Shown piece by piece: positions 14,401 to 28,900 of a stretch of 64,000 nucleotides of DNA. Origin of the DNA: the human T2T-CHM13v2.0 reference genome, Homo sapiens. Both the position numbers and the translations under genes were made by a program. The stretch lies in NCBI RefSeq assembly GCF_009914755.1, contig NC_060929.1. One strand, written 5' to 3'. Position 1 is the stretch's first letter. Every line of letters starts with the position of its first letter. Under the pieces are notes generated by a model. That model was not told the origin of the DNA. It saw only the letters and a list, made by a program, of their open reading frames with translations, and searched no databases.

Positions 14401-16120
14401 CCATGCAATTCCATTCCATTCCATTCCATTCCATTGCACTCGGGTTGATTCCAATTCATTCCCTTCCATTCCATTCCATTCCATTCCATTCCATTCCATT
14501 CCATTCCATTCCGTTCCGTTCCATTCCATTCCACTCCTTTCCATTCCATTCCATTCCATTACATTCGGGTTGTTTCTTTTCAATTCCTTTACACTCCATT
14601 CCATTCCATTCCATTCCACACAATTCCATTCCGTACCATTCCATTCCATTCCATTCCTTTCCGTTCCATGCCATTCCACTCGCGTTGATTCCAATTCATT
14701 CAATTTTATTCGGGTTGATTGCATTCCATTCCATTCCATTCCATTCCATTCCATTCCACCGGGTTCTGGCCATTCCATTACTTTCCATTCCATTCCATTC
14801 CATTCCATTCCTTTCCATTCCATTCTACTCGGGTTCTTGCCATTCCATTCCATTCCATTCCATTCCATTCCATTCTATTCCACTCGGGTTGATTCCATTC
14901 TATTCTTTTCCATTCCATTCCATTCCACTCGGGTTGGTTCCATTCCTTTCCATTCCACTCGAATACATTCCCTTCTATTCCACTCGGAATGATTCCACTC
15001 CGTTCCATTCCATTCCATTCCATTCCATTCCATTTCGTTCTATTCCATTCTATTCCGTACCATTCCATTCCATTCCATTCCTTTCCATTCCATTGCATTC
15101 CTTTCCATTCCATTCCATGCCATTCCACTCGGGTTGATTCCTTTCCTTTCCATTCCTTTCGGATTGAATCCATTCCATTCCATTCCTTTCCATTCCATTC
15201 CATTCCATTGTACTCGGGTTCATTCCATTCCATTCCATTCCATTCTACTCCATTCCATTCGATTCCACTCCATTCCATTCGGGATGATTCCATTCCATTC
15301 CATTCCATTCCATTCCATTCCATTCCATTCCACTCTGTTTGATTCAGTTGCATTCCATTCCATTCCACGCGATTTGATTCCATTCCATTCTATTCCGTTT
15401 CATTCCATTCCACGCCATACGATTCCATTCCATTCCCTTCCTTTCGGGTACATTCCATTCCATTCCATTTCATTCCATTCCATTCTGGTAGATTCCATTC
15501 CATTCCATTCCGTTCCATTCCATTCCATTCCATTGGACTCGGGTTGATTCCAATTCATTCCATTCCATTCCATTCCATTCCATTCCATTCCATTCCATTC
15601 CTTTCCATTCCATTCCATTCCATTCCATTCCATTCGGGTTGATTCTATTCAATTCCTTTACACTCCATTCCATTCCATTCCATTCCATTCCATTCCATTC
15701 CACACAATTCCATTCCGTACCATTCCATTCCATTCCATTCCTTTCCATTGCATGCCATTCCACTCGGGTTGATTCCATTCCATTCCATTCCATTCCATTC
15801 CATTCCATTCCATTCCATTCCATTCCATTCTGTTGCACTCGAGTTGATTCCATTCCATTCCATTCCATTCCATTCCATTCCATTGCATTCCATTTCGTTC
15901 CATTCCATTCTATTCCGTAAGATTCCATTCCATTCCATTCCATTCCATGCCATTCCACTCGAGTTGATTCCTTTCCTTTCCATTCCATTCGGGTTGAATC
16001 CATTCCATTCCATTCCATTCAAATCGATTCCATTCCATTGCACTCGGGTTGATTCCCTTCCATTCCATTCCATTCAATTTCTTTCCATTCCACTCCATTC
16101 CATTCTGGATGATGCCATTT
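8465..16120 (+). repeat. ~3.8-3.9 kb tandem duplication (~8465-12375 / ~12376-16120), moderately diverged
   Basis: Markers: tagattgcattatatt ~8535/~12435; cctagcattcc and cataacgtgcc ~8657-8697/~12557-12597; catttcaagtgggttg 10432/14272; ccaccgggttctggcc 10916/14756; cgtaagattcc 12172/15916; ggatgatgcc ~12363/~16107. The offset drifts from 3900 to ~3745. Confidence 0.88.
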
Positions 16121-18440
16121 CATTCCATTCCATTCCATTCCATTCCACTCTGTTTGATTCATTTGCATTCCATTGCATTCCACGTAATTTGATTCCATTC
16201 CATTCTATTAGGTTTAATTCCATGCCACACCATACGATTCCATTCCATTCCATTTCATTCGGGTACATTCCATTCCATTCCATTCCATTCCATTCTGGTA
16301 GATTCCATTCCATTCCATTCCATTCCATTACATTCTTGTAGATTCTATTCCATTCCATTCCATTCCATTCCATTGCACTCGGGTTGACTCCAATTCATTC
16401 CATTCCATTCCATTCCATTCCTTTCCATTCCATTCCCTTCCATTCCATTCTGGTTGATTCTATTTAATTCCTTTACACTCCATTCCATTCCATTCCATTC
16501 CACACAATTAAATTCCATACCATTCCATTCCATTCCATTCCTTTCCATTCCATGCAATTCCACTCGGGGTGATTCGATTTCATTCCATTCTATTCAGGTT
16601 GATTCCATTCCATTCCATTCCATTCCATTCAATTCCATTCCATTCCATTGCATTCCTTTTCATTCCAGTTGATTCGACTCCATTCCATTCCATTCCATTC
16701 CATTCCATTCCATTCCATTGCACTAGACTTGATTCCATTCCATTCCATTCCATTCCATTCCATTCCATTCCATTCCATTCCATTGCTTTGCATTCCATTC
16801 CACTCGGGTTGATTCCATTCTATTCTTTTCCATTCCATTCCATTCCGTTCCATTCCACTCGTGTTTATTCCATTCCTTTCCATTCCACTCGAATACATTC
16901 CCTTCTATTCCACTCGGAATGATTCCACTCCATTCCATTCCATTCCATTCCATTCCATTCCATTCAAATTCACTTCGTTGCATTCCATTCTTTTCCGTTC
17001 CATTCCTTTCCATTTCATTCCATGCCATTCCACTCGGGTTGATTCCATTCCTTTCCATTCCATTCGGATTGAATCCATTCCATTCCATTCTATTCCATTC
17101 CATTCCATTCCATTCCATTGCACTCGGCTTCATTCCATTCCATTCCATTCCATTCCACTCCATTCCATTCCATTCCACTCCATTCCATTCGGGATGATTC
17201 CATTCCATTCCATTCCAATCCATTCCATTCCATTCCACTCTGTTTGATTCAGTTGCATTCCATTCCATTCCACGCGATTTGATTCCATTCCATTCTATTC
17301 CGTTTCATTCCATTCCACGCCATACGATTCCATTCCATTCCACTCCATTCGGGTACATTCCATTCCTTTCCATTCCATTCCATTCCATTCCATTCTGGTA
17401 GATTCCATTCCATTCCATTCCATTCCATTCCATTCCATTCCATTCCACTCTGGTTGAATCCGATTCATTCCATTCCATTCCATTCCATTCCATTCCATTC
17501 CGTTCCATTCCATTCCATTCCTTTCCATTCCATTCCATTCCATTCGGGTTGATTCTATTCAGTTCCTATACACACCATTCCATTCCATTCCATTCCATTC
17601 CACACAACTCCATTCAGAACCATTCCATTCCATTCCATTCCACTCTGGTTGAATCCGATTCATTCCATTCCATTCCATTCCATTCCATTCCGTTCCATTC
17701 CATTCCATTCCTTTCCATTCCATTCCATTCCATTCGGGTTGATTCTATTCAGTTCCTATACACACCATTCCATTCCATTCCATTCCACACAACTCCATTC
17801 AGTACCATTCCATTCCATTGCATTCCTTTCCATTCCATGCCATTCCACTCGGGTTGATTCCATTTCATTCCATTTTATTCGGGTTGATTCCATTCCATTC
17901 CTTTCCATTCGATTCCATTCCATTGCACTCCGGTTCATTCCATTCCATTCCATTCCATTCTACTCCATTCCATTCCGTTCCACTCCATTCCATTCGGGAT
18001 GATTCCATTCCATTCCATTCCATTCCATTCCACTCTGTTTGATTCTGTTCCATTCCATTCTATTCCACGCGATTTGATTCCATTCCATTCTATTCTGTTA
18101 CATTCCATTCCACGACATACGATTCCATTGTATTCCATTCCATTCGGGTACATTCCATTCCATTCCATTCCATCCAATTCCCTTCCATTCCATTCTTGTA
18201 AATTCCATTCCATTCCATTCCATTCCATTGCACTCGAGTTGATTGTATTCCTTTCCATTCCATTCCATTCCGTTCCATTCCATTCCATTCCATTCCATTC
18301 CATTCCATTCCATTCCATTCGGGTTGATTCTATTCAATTCCATTACACTCCATTCCATTCCATTCCATTCCATTCCAATTGGGTTGAATCCATTCCATTC
18401 CATTTCGTTCCATTCCATTCTTCTAATCCGTTCCATTCCA
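15600..18440 (+). repeat. Dispersed paralog of ~60-2370 joined directly to a paralog of ~4680-5330
   Basis: Markers: cgtaagattcc 501/15916; cacaattaaattcc ~1188/~16503; cattcaaattca(t/c)ttcgttg 1631/16961; tggttgaatccgattc 2101/17451; then gcactccggttc 4712/~17925 and cacgacatacgattccattgtatt ~4938/~18111. Confidence 0.8.
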
Positions 18441-18544
18441 TTCCATTCCATTCCATTCCATTCCATTCCATTCCTTTCCATTCCATTCCACTCAGGTTGA
18501 TTCCATTCTATTACTTTCCATTCCATTCCATTCCCTTCCATTCC

Positions 18545-21500
18545 ACTCGGGTTGATTCCATTCCTTTCCATTGCACTCGAATACATTCCCTTCTATTCCC
18601 CTCGAAATGATTCCATTCCATTCCATTGCATTCCATTTCGTTCCATTCCTTTCTATTCCGTACCATTCCATTCCATTCCATTCCATTCCATGCCATTCCA
18701 CTCGAGTTGATTCCATTGCTTTCCATTTCATTCGGGTTGAAACAATTCCATTGCATTCCATTCCATTCCATTGCATTCCATTGCACTCGGGTTGATTCCC
18801 TTCCATTCCATTCCATTCCTTTCCATTTCATTCCATTCCACTTCATTCAATTCGGAATGATTCCATTCCATTCCATTCCATTCCATTGCATTTCACTCTG
18901 TTTGATTCAGTTCCATTCCATTCCATTCCATGCGATTTTATTCCATTCCATTCTATTCCGTTTCATTCCATTCCACGCCATACGATTCCGTTGCATTCCA
19001 TTCCATTCGGGTACATTCCATTCCATTCCATTCCATTCCATTCCATTCCATTCCATTGCATTCTAGTAGATTCCATTCCATTCCATTCCATTCCATTCCA
19101 TTCCATTCCATTCCACTCGGGTTTATTCTATTCCTTTCCATTCCACTCGATTACATTCCCTTCCATTCCACTCGGAATGATTCCATTCTATTCCGTTTCA
19201 TTCCAGTCCACTCCATTCGATTCCATTCCATTCCATTCTGGTAGATTCTATTCCATTCCACTCCATTCCATTACATTCGGTTAGGTTCCATTCCATTCCA
19301 TTCCACTCCATTGCACTCACGTTGACTCCAATCCATTCCATTCCATTCCATTCCATTCCATTCCATTCCATTCCATTCCATTCCATTCCATTCCTTTGCA
19401 CTCTAGTTGATTCCATTGAATTCCATTCCATTCCATTCCATTCCATTCCACTCGGGTTGATTCCATTCCATTCCATTCCTCTCCATTCCACTCGGGTTGA
19501 TTCCATTCCTTTCCATTCCACTCGATTACATTCCCTTCCATTACACTCCGAATGATTCCATTCCATTCCATTCCATTCCATTCCATTCCATTCCATTCCA
19601 TTCCATTGCATTCCATTCCAATTTATTCCATTCCATTCCATTCCACCTGAGTTGATTCCATTCCATTCCATTCCATTCAATTCCATTCCGTTCCATTCCA
19701 TTCCATTCCATTCGGGTTGATTTTATTCAATTCCTTTACACTCCTTTCCATTCCATTCCATTCCACACAATTCCATTCCTTTCCATTCCTTTCGAAATGT
19801 GTTGAAACCATTCCAATCCATTTAGTTCCATTTCATTCAATTCCGTACCATTCCATTCCATTCCATTCCATTCCATTCCATTCCATTCCATTCCATGCTA
19901 TTACACTCGGGTTGATTCCACGCCATTCCATTCCATTCTGTTTGATTCCTTTCCATTCCATTCCATTCCATTCCATTACACTCGGGTTGATTCCGTACCA
20001 TTCCATTCCACTCCATTCCATTCCATTCGGGTTGATTCCATTCCATTCCATTCCATTCCATTGCACTCGGGTTGATTCCGTTCCATTCCATTCCATTCCA
20101 TTCCATTCCATTCCTTTCCATTCCATTTCACTCGGTTTGATTCCATTCCATTCCATTCCATTCCATGCCATTCCACTCGGGTTGATTCCATTCCATTGCA
20201 TTCCGTTCCATTCCATTCTATTCCTTTCCACTCCATTCCATTCCATTCCATTCCTTTCCATTCCATTCCATTCCACTCGGGTTGATTCCATTCCATTCCA
20301 TTCCATTCCATTCCATTCCATTCCATTCCATTCCATTCCATTGCACTCGGGTTGATTCCATTGCATCCCATTCCATTTCATTCCATTCCATTCCATTTCT
20401 TACCATTCCATTCCATTCCATTCCATTCCACTAGGTTTGATTCCTTTCCATAACATTCCAATCCATTCTATTCAGTTCCATTTCATTGCTTTACATTCCA
20501 TTCCATTCGGTTTCATTCCACTCCACTCTACTCGTGTTGACTGCATTTCCTTCCATTTCTTTCCATTCCATTCCATTCCATTCCATTCCATGCCATTCCA
20601 CTCGTGTTGATTCCATTCCATTCCTTTCAATTCCATTGCATTCCCTTCCATTCCACTCGTGTTGATTTCATCACTTTCCTTTCCACTCGATTACATTTCC
20701 TTCCATTCCCCTCGGAAATAATTAATTCCATTCCATTCCATTCCATACCATTCCATTGCATTCCATTCCAATCCATTCCATTCCATTCCATTCCACTCGA
20801 GTTGATTCCATTCCATTCCATTCCATTCCATTCCATTCCGTTTCATTCCATTCCATTCCATTGGTTGTGATTCTATTCAATTCCTTAACACTCCATTCCA
20901 TTCCATTCCATTCCACTCCATTCCAATCAGGTTGAATCCATTCCATTCCATTTCGTTACATTCCATTCTATTCCGTTCCATTCCATTCGTTTCCATTCCT
21001 TTCCATTCCATTTCATTCCATTCCATTCCACTCGGGTTGATTCTATTCCATTCCATTCCATTCCATTCCACTTAATTTCATTCCATTCCATTCCATTCCA
21101 GTTGATTCCACTCCATGCAATTCCATTCAATTCCACTCGGGTTGAATCCACTCCATTCCGTTTCAGTATATTCCATTCCAGTAAATTCCATTCCATTCCA
21201 TTCCACTCGTGTTGATTACATTCCATTCCATTCCATTCTGTTTCATTCCATTCGATTCTGTTCCATTCCATTGCCTTTCATTCCATTGCACTCCATTCGA
21301 TTCCTTTCCATTCCATTGCATTCGGGGAGTTTCCATTCCATTCTATTCCATTCCACTCCATTCCATACGGGTAGATTCCATTCCATTCCATTCCATTCCA
21401 TTCCATTCCATTGCATTCCATTGCATTCCACTCCATTCGGGTAGATTGCATTATATTCCATTCCATTCCATTCCATTCCATTCCATTCCATTCCATTCCA

Positions 21501-22990
21501 TTCCAATTGGATTGAATCCATTCCATTCCATTTCGTTCCATTCCATTCTATTCCGTAGCATTCCATTCCATTCCATTCCATTCCATTCCATAACGTGCCA
21601 TTCCACTCGGGTTCATTCCATTCCATTGCATTCCATACCTTTCCTTTCCAATTGGGTTGAATCCATTCCATTCCATTTCGTTCCATTCCATTCTATTCTG
21701 TACCATTCCATTCCATTCCATTCCATTCCATGCCATTCCCCTAGGGTTGATTCCATTCCATTCCATTCCATTCGGGTTGATTCCATTGCATTCCATGACA
21801 TTCCATGCCATTCCATTCCACTCCATTCCATTCGGGATGATTCCATTCCATTCCATTCCATTCCATTCCCTTCCATTTCGGTCGGGTTGATTGCATTCCT
21901 TTCCATTCCACTCGATTACAATCCCTTCTATTCCACTCGGAATGATTCCATTCCATTACATTCTATTCCATTGCATTCCATTCAATTCCACTCCATTCCG
22001 TTCCATTCCATTCCATTCCACTCGGGTGGATTCCATTGCATTCCATTCCATTCCATTGCACTTGGGTTGATTTCATTCCATTCCATTCCATTCCATTCCA
22101 TTCCATTCCATTCCATTCAATTCCATTCCATGCGATCCCATTCGGGTTTATTCCATTCCATTCCATTCCATTCCATTCCATTCCATTCCATTCCATTCCA
22201 TTCTATTCCTTACCATTCCATTCCATTCCATTCCATTCCATTCCAAGCCATTCCACCCGGGTTGATTCCATTCCATTCCATTCCATTCAGGTTGATTCCA
22301 TTCCATTCCATTCCATTCCATTCCATTCCATTCCATTCCATTACATTACATTCCACTGCACTCGGGTTGATTCCATTCCATTCCATTCCATTCCATTCCA
22401 TTCCATTCTATTCCTTACCATTCCATTCCATTCCATTCCATTCCATTCCATTCCATGCCATTCCACTCGGGTTGATTCCATTCCATTCCATTCCATTCAG
22501 GTTGATTCCATTCCATTCCATTCCATTCCATTCCATTCCATTCCATTACATTACATTACATTCCACTGCACTCGGGTTGATTCCATTCCATTCCATTCCA
22601 TTCCATTCCATTCCACTCCATTCCATTCGGGATGATTGAATTCCATTCCATTCCATTCCATTCCATTCCATTCCATTCCATTCCATTCCATTCCATTCCA
22701 TTCCATTCCTTTCCACTCTGTTTGATTCAGTTCCATTCCACTCCATTCCTCGCGATTTGATACCATTCCATTCTATTCCGTTTCATTCCATTCCACGCCA
22801 TACGATTCCATACCATTCCGTTCCATTCGGGTACATTCTATTAAATTCCTTTCCATTCCATTCCATTCCATTCCATTCCATTCCATTCTGGTAGATTCCA
22901 TTCCATTCCATTCCATTCCATTCCATTCCATTCTATTTCCCTAGGGTTGATTCCAATCCTTTCCATTGCAATCGATTACATTCCCTTCCA
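18545..22990 (+). repeat. Dispersed paralog of ~5520-10200 (offset ~12.9-13 kb)
   Basis: Markers: cgaaatgtgttgaaacc 6841/19793; ctaggtttgattcctttccataac 7469/20431; tcagtatattcc 8231/21163; cataacgtgcc ~8687/~21589; catgcgatccca ~9267/~22129. Confidence 0.87.
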
Positions 22991-22999
22991 TTCTATTCC

Positions 23000-24920
23000 A
23001 TTCCATTGCATTCCATTCCAATCCATTCTATTCCATTCCATTCCACCCGAGTTGATTCCATTCCATTCCATTCCCTTCCATTCCGTTCCATTCCATTACA
23101 TTCCATTCCATTCGGGTTGATTCTATTCAATTCCTTTACACTCCATTCCAGTACATTCCATTCCACACAATTCCATTACATTCCATTACATTGCAATTGG
23201 GTTGAATCCATTCCATTCCGTTTCGTTCGGTTCCATTCCATTCCATTCCACTCGGGTTGATTCCATTCCATTCCTTTCCATTCCATTCCATTCCCTTCCA
23301 TTCCACTCGGGTGGATTCCATTCCTTTCCATTCCACTCGATTACATTCCCTTCCATTCCACTCGGAATGATTCCATTCCATTCCATTGTATTCCATTCCA
23401 ATCCATTCCATTCCATTCCATTCCACTCGAGTTGATTCCATTCCATTCCATTCCCTTCCATTCCGTTCCATTCCATTACATTCCATTCCATTCGGGTTGA
23501 TTCTATTCAATTCCTTTACACTCCATTCCAGTACATTCCATTCCACACAATTCCATTACATTCCATTACATTGCAGTTGGGTTGAATCCATTCCATTCCG
23601 TTTCGTTCCGTTCCATTCCATTCCATTCCACTCGGGTTGATGCCATTCCATTCCTTTCCATTCCATTCCATTCCCTTCCATTCCACTCGGGTTGATTCCA
23701 TTCCTTTCCATTCCACTCGATTACATTCCCTTCCATTCCACTCGGAATGATTCCATTCCATTCCATTGCATTCCATTCCAATCCATTCCATTCCATTCCA
23801 TTCCATTCCATTCCACTCGAGTTGATTCCATTCCATTCCATTCCATTCCATTCCATTCCATTCCATTCCATTCCTTTCTGTTCCATTCCACTCCATTCCA
23901 ATCGGGTTGATTATATTCAATTCCTTTACACTCCATTCCATTCCATTCCATTCCACACAATTCCATTCAATTCCATTCCATTCCATTCCATTTGGGTTGA
24001 ATCCATTCCATTTCATTTCGTTCCATTCCATTCTATTCCATACCATTCCATTCCATTCCATTCCTTTCCATTCCATGCCATTCCACTCGGGTTGATTCCA
24101 TTCCATTCCTTTCCATTCCATTCCATTCCCTTCCATTCCACTCGGGTGGATTCCATTCCTTTCCATTCCACTCGATTACATTCCCTTCCATTCCACTCGG
24201 AATGATTCCATTCCATTCCATTGCATTCCATTCCAATCCATTCCATTCCATTCCATTCCACTCGAGTTGATTCCATTCCATTCCATTCCCTTCCATTCCG
24301 TTCCATTCCATTACATTCCATTCCATTCGGGTTGATTCTATTCAATTCCTTTACACTCCATTCCAGTACATTCCATTCCACACAATTCCATTACATTCCA
24401 TTACATTGCAGTTGGGTTGAATCCATTCCATTCCGTTTCGTTCCGTTCCATTCCATTCCATTCCACTCGGGTTGATGCCATTCCATTCCTTTCCATTCCA
24501 TTCCATTCCCTTCCATTCCACTCGGGTTGATTCCATTCCTTTCCATTCCACTCGATTACATTCCCTTCCATTCCACTCGGAATGATTCCATTCCATTCCA
24601 TTGCATTCCATTCCAATCCATTCCATTCCATTCCATTCCACTCGAGTTGATTCCATTCCATTCCATTCCATTCCATTCCATTCCATTCCATTCCTTTCTG
24701 TTCCATTCCACTCCATTCCAATCGTGTTGATTATATTCAATTCCTTTACACTCCATTCCATTCCATTCCATTCCACACAATTCCATTCAATTCCATTCCA
24801 TTCCATTCCATTTGGGTTGAATCCATTCCATTTCATTTCGTTCCATTCCATTCTATTCCATACCATTCCATTCCATTCCATTCCTTTCCATTCCATGCCA
24901 TTCCACTCGGGTTGATTCCA
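23000..24920 (+). repeat. Nested 380-bp and 835-bp tandem duplications
   Basis: ccagtacattccattccacacaattccattacattccattacattgca at 23148, 23528 and 24363. Near-identical ORFs at 23006/23386/24221. gttgatgcc at 23636/24471 and ttcctttctgttcc at 23871/24691. Confidence 0.9.
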
Positions 24921-25989
24921 TTCCATTCCATTCCACTCTATTACTTTCCCTTCTATTCCACTCGGAATGATTCCGTTCCATTCCATTCCATTCCATTCCA
25001 TTCCATTCCATTCCTTTCCATTCCATTCCAATCGGGATGATTCCATTCCATTCCTTTCCATTCCATTCCATTCCCTTCCATTCCACTCGGATTGATTCCA
25101 TTCCTTTCCATTCCACTCGATTACTTTCCCTTCTATTCCACTCGGAATGATTCCGTTCCATTCCATTCCATTCCATTTCGTTCCATTCCATTCTATTCCG
25201 TACCATTCCATTCCATTCCATTACATTCAATTCCATGCCATTCCACTCGGTTTGATTCCATTCCATTCCATTCCATTCCACTGCACCCGAGTTGATTCCA
25301 TTCCATTCCATTCCATTCATTTCCATTCCATTCCACTCGGGTTGATTCCATTCCATTCCTTTACATTCCATTCCTTTCTATTCCATTCCACTCGTGTTAA
25401 TTCCATTCCATTCCTATCCATTCCATTCCATTCCCTTCCATTCCACTCTGGTTGATTCCATTCCTTTCCATGCCACTCGATTAATTTCCCTTCCATTCCA
25501 CTCGGAATGATTCCATTCCATTCCATTGCATTCCATTCCAATCCATTCCATTCCATTCCATTCCATTCCATTCCAATTGGTTTGAATCCATTCCATTCCA
25601 TTTCGTTCCATTCCATTCTATTCTGTATCATTCCATTCCATTCCTTTCCATTCCATTCCCTTCCATTCCACTCGTTTTGATTCCATTCCATTCCATTCCA
25701 TTCCATTGTATTCCATTCCAATCCATTCCATTCCATTCCATTCCACTCGAGTTGATTCCATTCCATTCCATTCCATTCCATTCCATTCAATTCCATTCCA
25801 TTCCATTCCATTTGGGTTTTAACCATTTCATTCCTTTTTGTTCCATTCCATTCTATTCTGTACCATTCAATTCCATTCCTTTCCTTTCCATTCCATGCCA
25901 TTCCACTCGGGTTGATTCCATTTCATTCCAGTCTATTCGGGTTGATTCCATTCCATTCCATTCCATTCCATCCCTTTCCATTCCATTCC

Positions 25990-28900
25990 ACTCGAGTTGA
26001 TTGCATTCTATTCTTTTACATTCCATTCCATTCCCTTCCATTCCACTCGGGGTGATTCCATTCCTTTCCATTCCACTCGAATACATTCCCTTCTATTCAA
26101 CTCGGAATGATTCCATTCCATTCAATTCCATTCCATTCCATTCCATTTCGTTCCATTCCATTCTATTCCGTACCATTCCATTCCATTCCTTTCCATTCCA
26201 TTCCATTCCATTGCATTCCATTCCATTCCATGCCATTCCACTCGGGTTGATTCCATTCCTTTCCACTCCATTCGGGTTGAATCCATTCCATTCCATTCGA
26301 TTCCATTCGATTCCATTCAATTGCACTTGGGTTGATTCCATTCCATTCCATTCCATTTCATTCCATTCCATTCCATTCCATTCCATTCCATTCCATTCCA
26401 CTCCATTCCATTCGGGGTGATTCCATTCCATTCCATTCCATTCCATTCCATTCCATTCCATTCCACTCTGTTTGATTCAGTTCCATTCCATTCCATTCCA
26501 CGTGATTTGATTCCATTCCATTCTATTGCCTTTCATTCCATTCCACGCCATACGATTCCATTACATTCCATTCCACTCGGGTACATTCCATTCCATTACA
26601 TTCCACTCCATTCCATTCCATTCCATTCCATTCTGGTAGATTCCATTCCATTCCATTCCATTCCACTCCATTCCATTCCATTACATTCCATTGCACACAG
26701 ATTGATTCCATTCCTTTCCATTCCACTCGATTACATTCCCTTCCATTCCACTCGGAATGATTCCATTCCATTCCATTCCATTCCATTGCATTCCATTCCA
26801 ATGTATTGCATTCCATTCAATTCCATTCCAATTGGTTTGAATCCATTCCATTCCATTTCGTTCCATTCCATTCTATTCCGTACCATTCCGTTCCTTTCCA
26901 TTCCATTCCATTACATGCCATTCCACTCAAGTAGATTGCTTTCCATTCTACTCCATTCGGGTTGATTATATTCCATTCCGTTCCATTCCATTCCATTCCA
27001 TTGCACTCAGGTTGATTCCATTCCACTCCACTACATTCCATATCATTCCATTCGATTCCATTCCACTCCCTTCCATTCGGGATGGTTCCATTCCATTCCA
27101 TTCCATTCCTTTCCATTCCATTCCACTCGGGTTGATTCCATTCCTTTCCATTCCACTGGATTACATTCCCTTCCATTCCAGTCGGAATGATTCCATTCAA
27201 TTCCATTGCATTCCATTCCAATCCATTCCATTCCATTCCATTCCACTCAACTTGATTCCATTGCATTCCATTCCATTCCATTCCATTCCATTCCATTCCA
27301 TTTGGGTTGAATCCATTTCATTCCATTTCGTTCAATTCCATTCTATTCCGTACCATTCAATTCCATTCCATTCCTTTCCATTCCATGCCATTCTACTCGG
27401 GTTGATTCCATTTCATTCCATTCTATTCGGGTTGATTCCATTCCATTTCATTCCATTCCATTCCATTCCATTCCTTTCCATTCCATTCCACTCGAGTTGA
27501 TTCCATTCTATTCTTTTCCATTCCATTCCATTCCCTTCCATTCAACTCGGGGTGATTACATTCCTTTCCATTCCACTCGAATACATTCCCTTCTTTTCAA
27601 CTCGGAATGAATCCATTCCATTCCACTCCATTCCATTCCATTCCATTCCACTCCATTCCATTCCATTCCATTCCATTCCATTCCATTCCATTCCATTCCA
27701 TTCCATTTCGTTCCATTCCATTCTATTCCTTACCATTCCATTCCATTCCATTCCATTCCATTCCATTGCATTCCATTCCATTCCATACCATTCCACTCGG
27801 GTTGATTCCATTCCTTTCCACTCCATTCGGGTTGAATCCATTCCATTCCATTCTATTCCATTCGATTCCATTCAATTGCACTTTGGTTGATTCCATTCCA
27901 TTCCATTCCATTTCATTCCATTCCATTCCATTCCATTCCATTCCATTCCATTCCATTCCATTCCACTCCATTCCATTCGGGGTGATTCCATTCCATTCCA
28001 TTCCATTCCATTCCATTCCATTCCATTCCACTCTGTTTGATTCAGTTCCATTCCATTCCATTCCATTCCACGTAATTTGATTCCATTCCATTCTATTCCC
28101 TTTCATTCCATTCCACGCCATACGATTCCATTACATTCCATTCCACTCGGGTACATTCCATTCCATTCCATTCCACTCCATTCCATTCCATTCCATTCTG
28201 GTAGATTCCATTCCATTCCATTCCATTCCATTCCATTCCACTCCATTCTATTCCGTTACTTTCCATTGCACGCAGATTGATTCCATTCCTTTCCATTCCA
28301 GTCGATTACATTCCCTTCCATTCCACTCAGAATGATTCCGTTCCATTCCATTCCATTCCATTCCATTGCATTCCATTCCAATGCATTGCATTCCATTCCA
28401 TTCCATTCCAATTGGTTTGAATCCATTCCATTCTATTTCATTCCATTCCATTCTATTCTGTACCTTTCCGTTCCATTCCATTCTCTTCCATTACATGCTA
28501 TTCCACTCGAGTTGATTGCTTTCCATTCCATTCCATTCTGGTTGATTATATTCCATTCCGTTCCATTCCATTCCATTCCATTGCACTCAGGTTGATTCCA
28601 TTCCACTCCACTAAATTCCATATCATTCCATTCGATTCCATTCCACTCCCTTCCATTCGGGATGATTCCATTCCATTCCATTCCTTTCCATTCCATTCCA
28701 CTCGGGTTGATTCCATTCCTTTCCATTCCACTGGATTACATTCCCTTCCATTCCAGTCGGAATGATTCCATTCAATTCCATTGCATTCCATTCCAATCCA
28801 TTCCATTCTATTCCATTCCACTTGACTTGATTCCATTCCATTCCATTCCATTCCATTCCATTCCATTTGGGTTGAATCCATTTCATTCCATTTCGTTCAA

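Noticed and set aside
21209-22639. Longest ORF (476 aa); likewise 13989-15137, 55571-56524 and 60479-61471
   Set aside because: Length reflects the chance frame of TGA in the GTTGA modules. Paralogous copies are broken by 5-bp indels, so the frame is not conserved.
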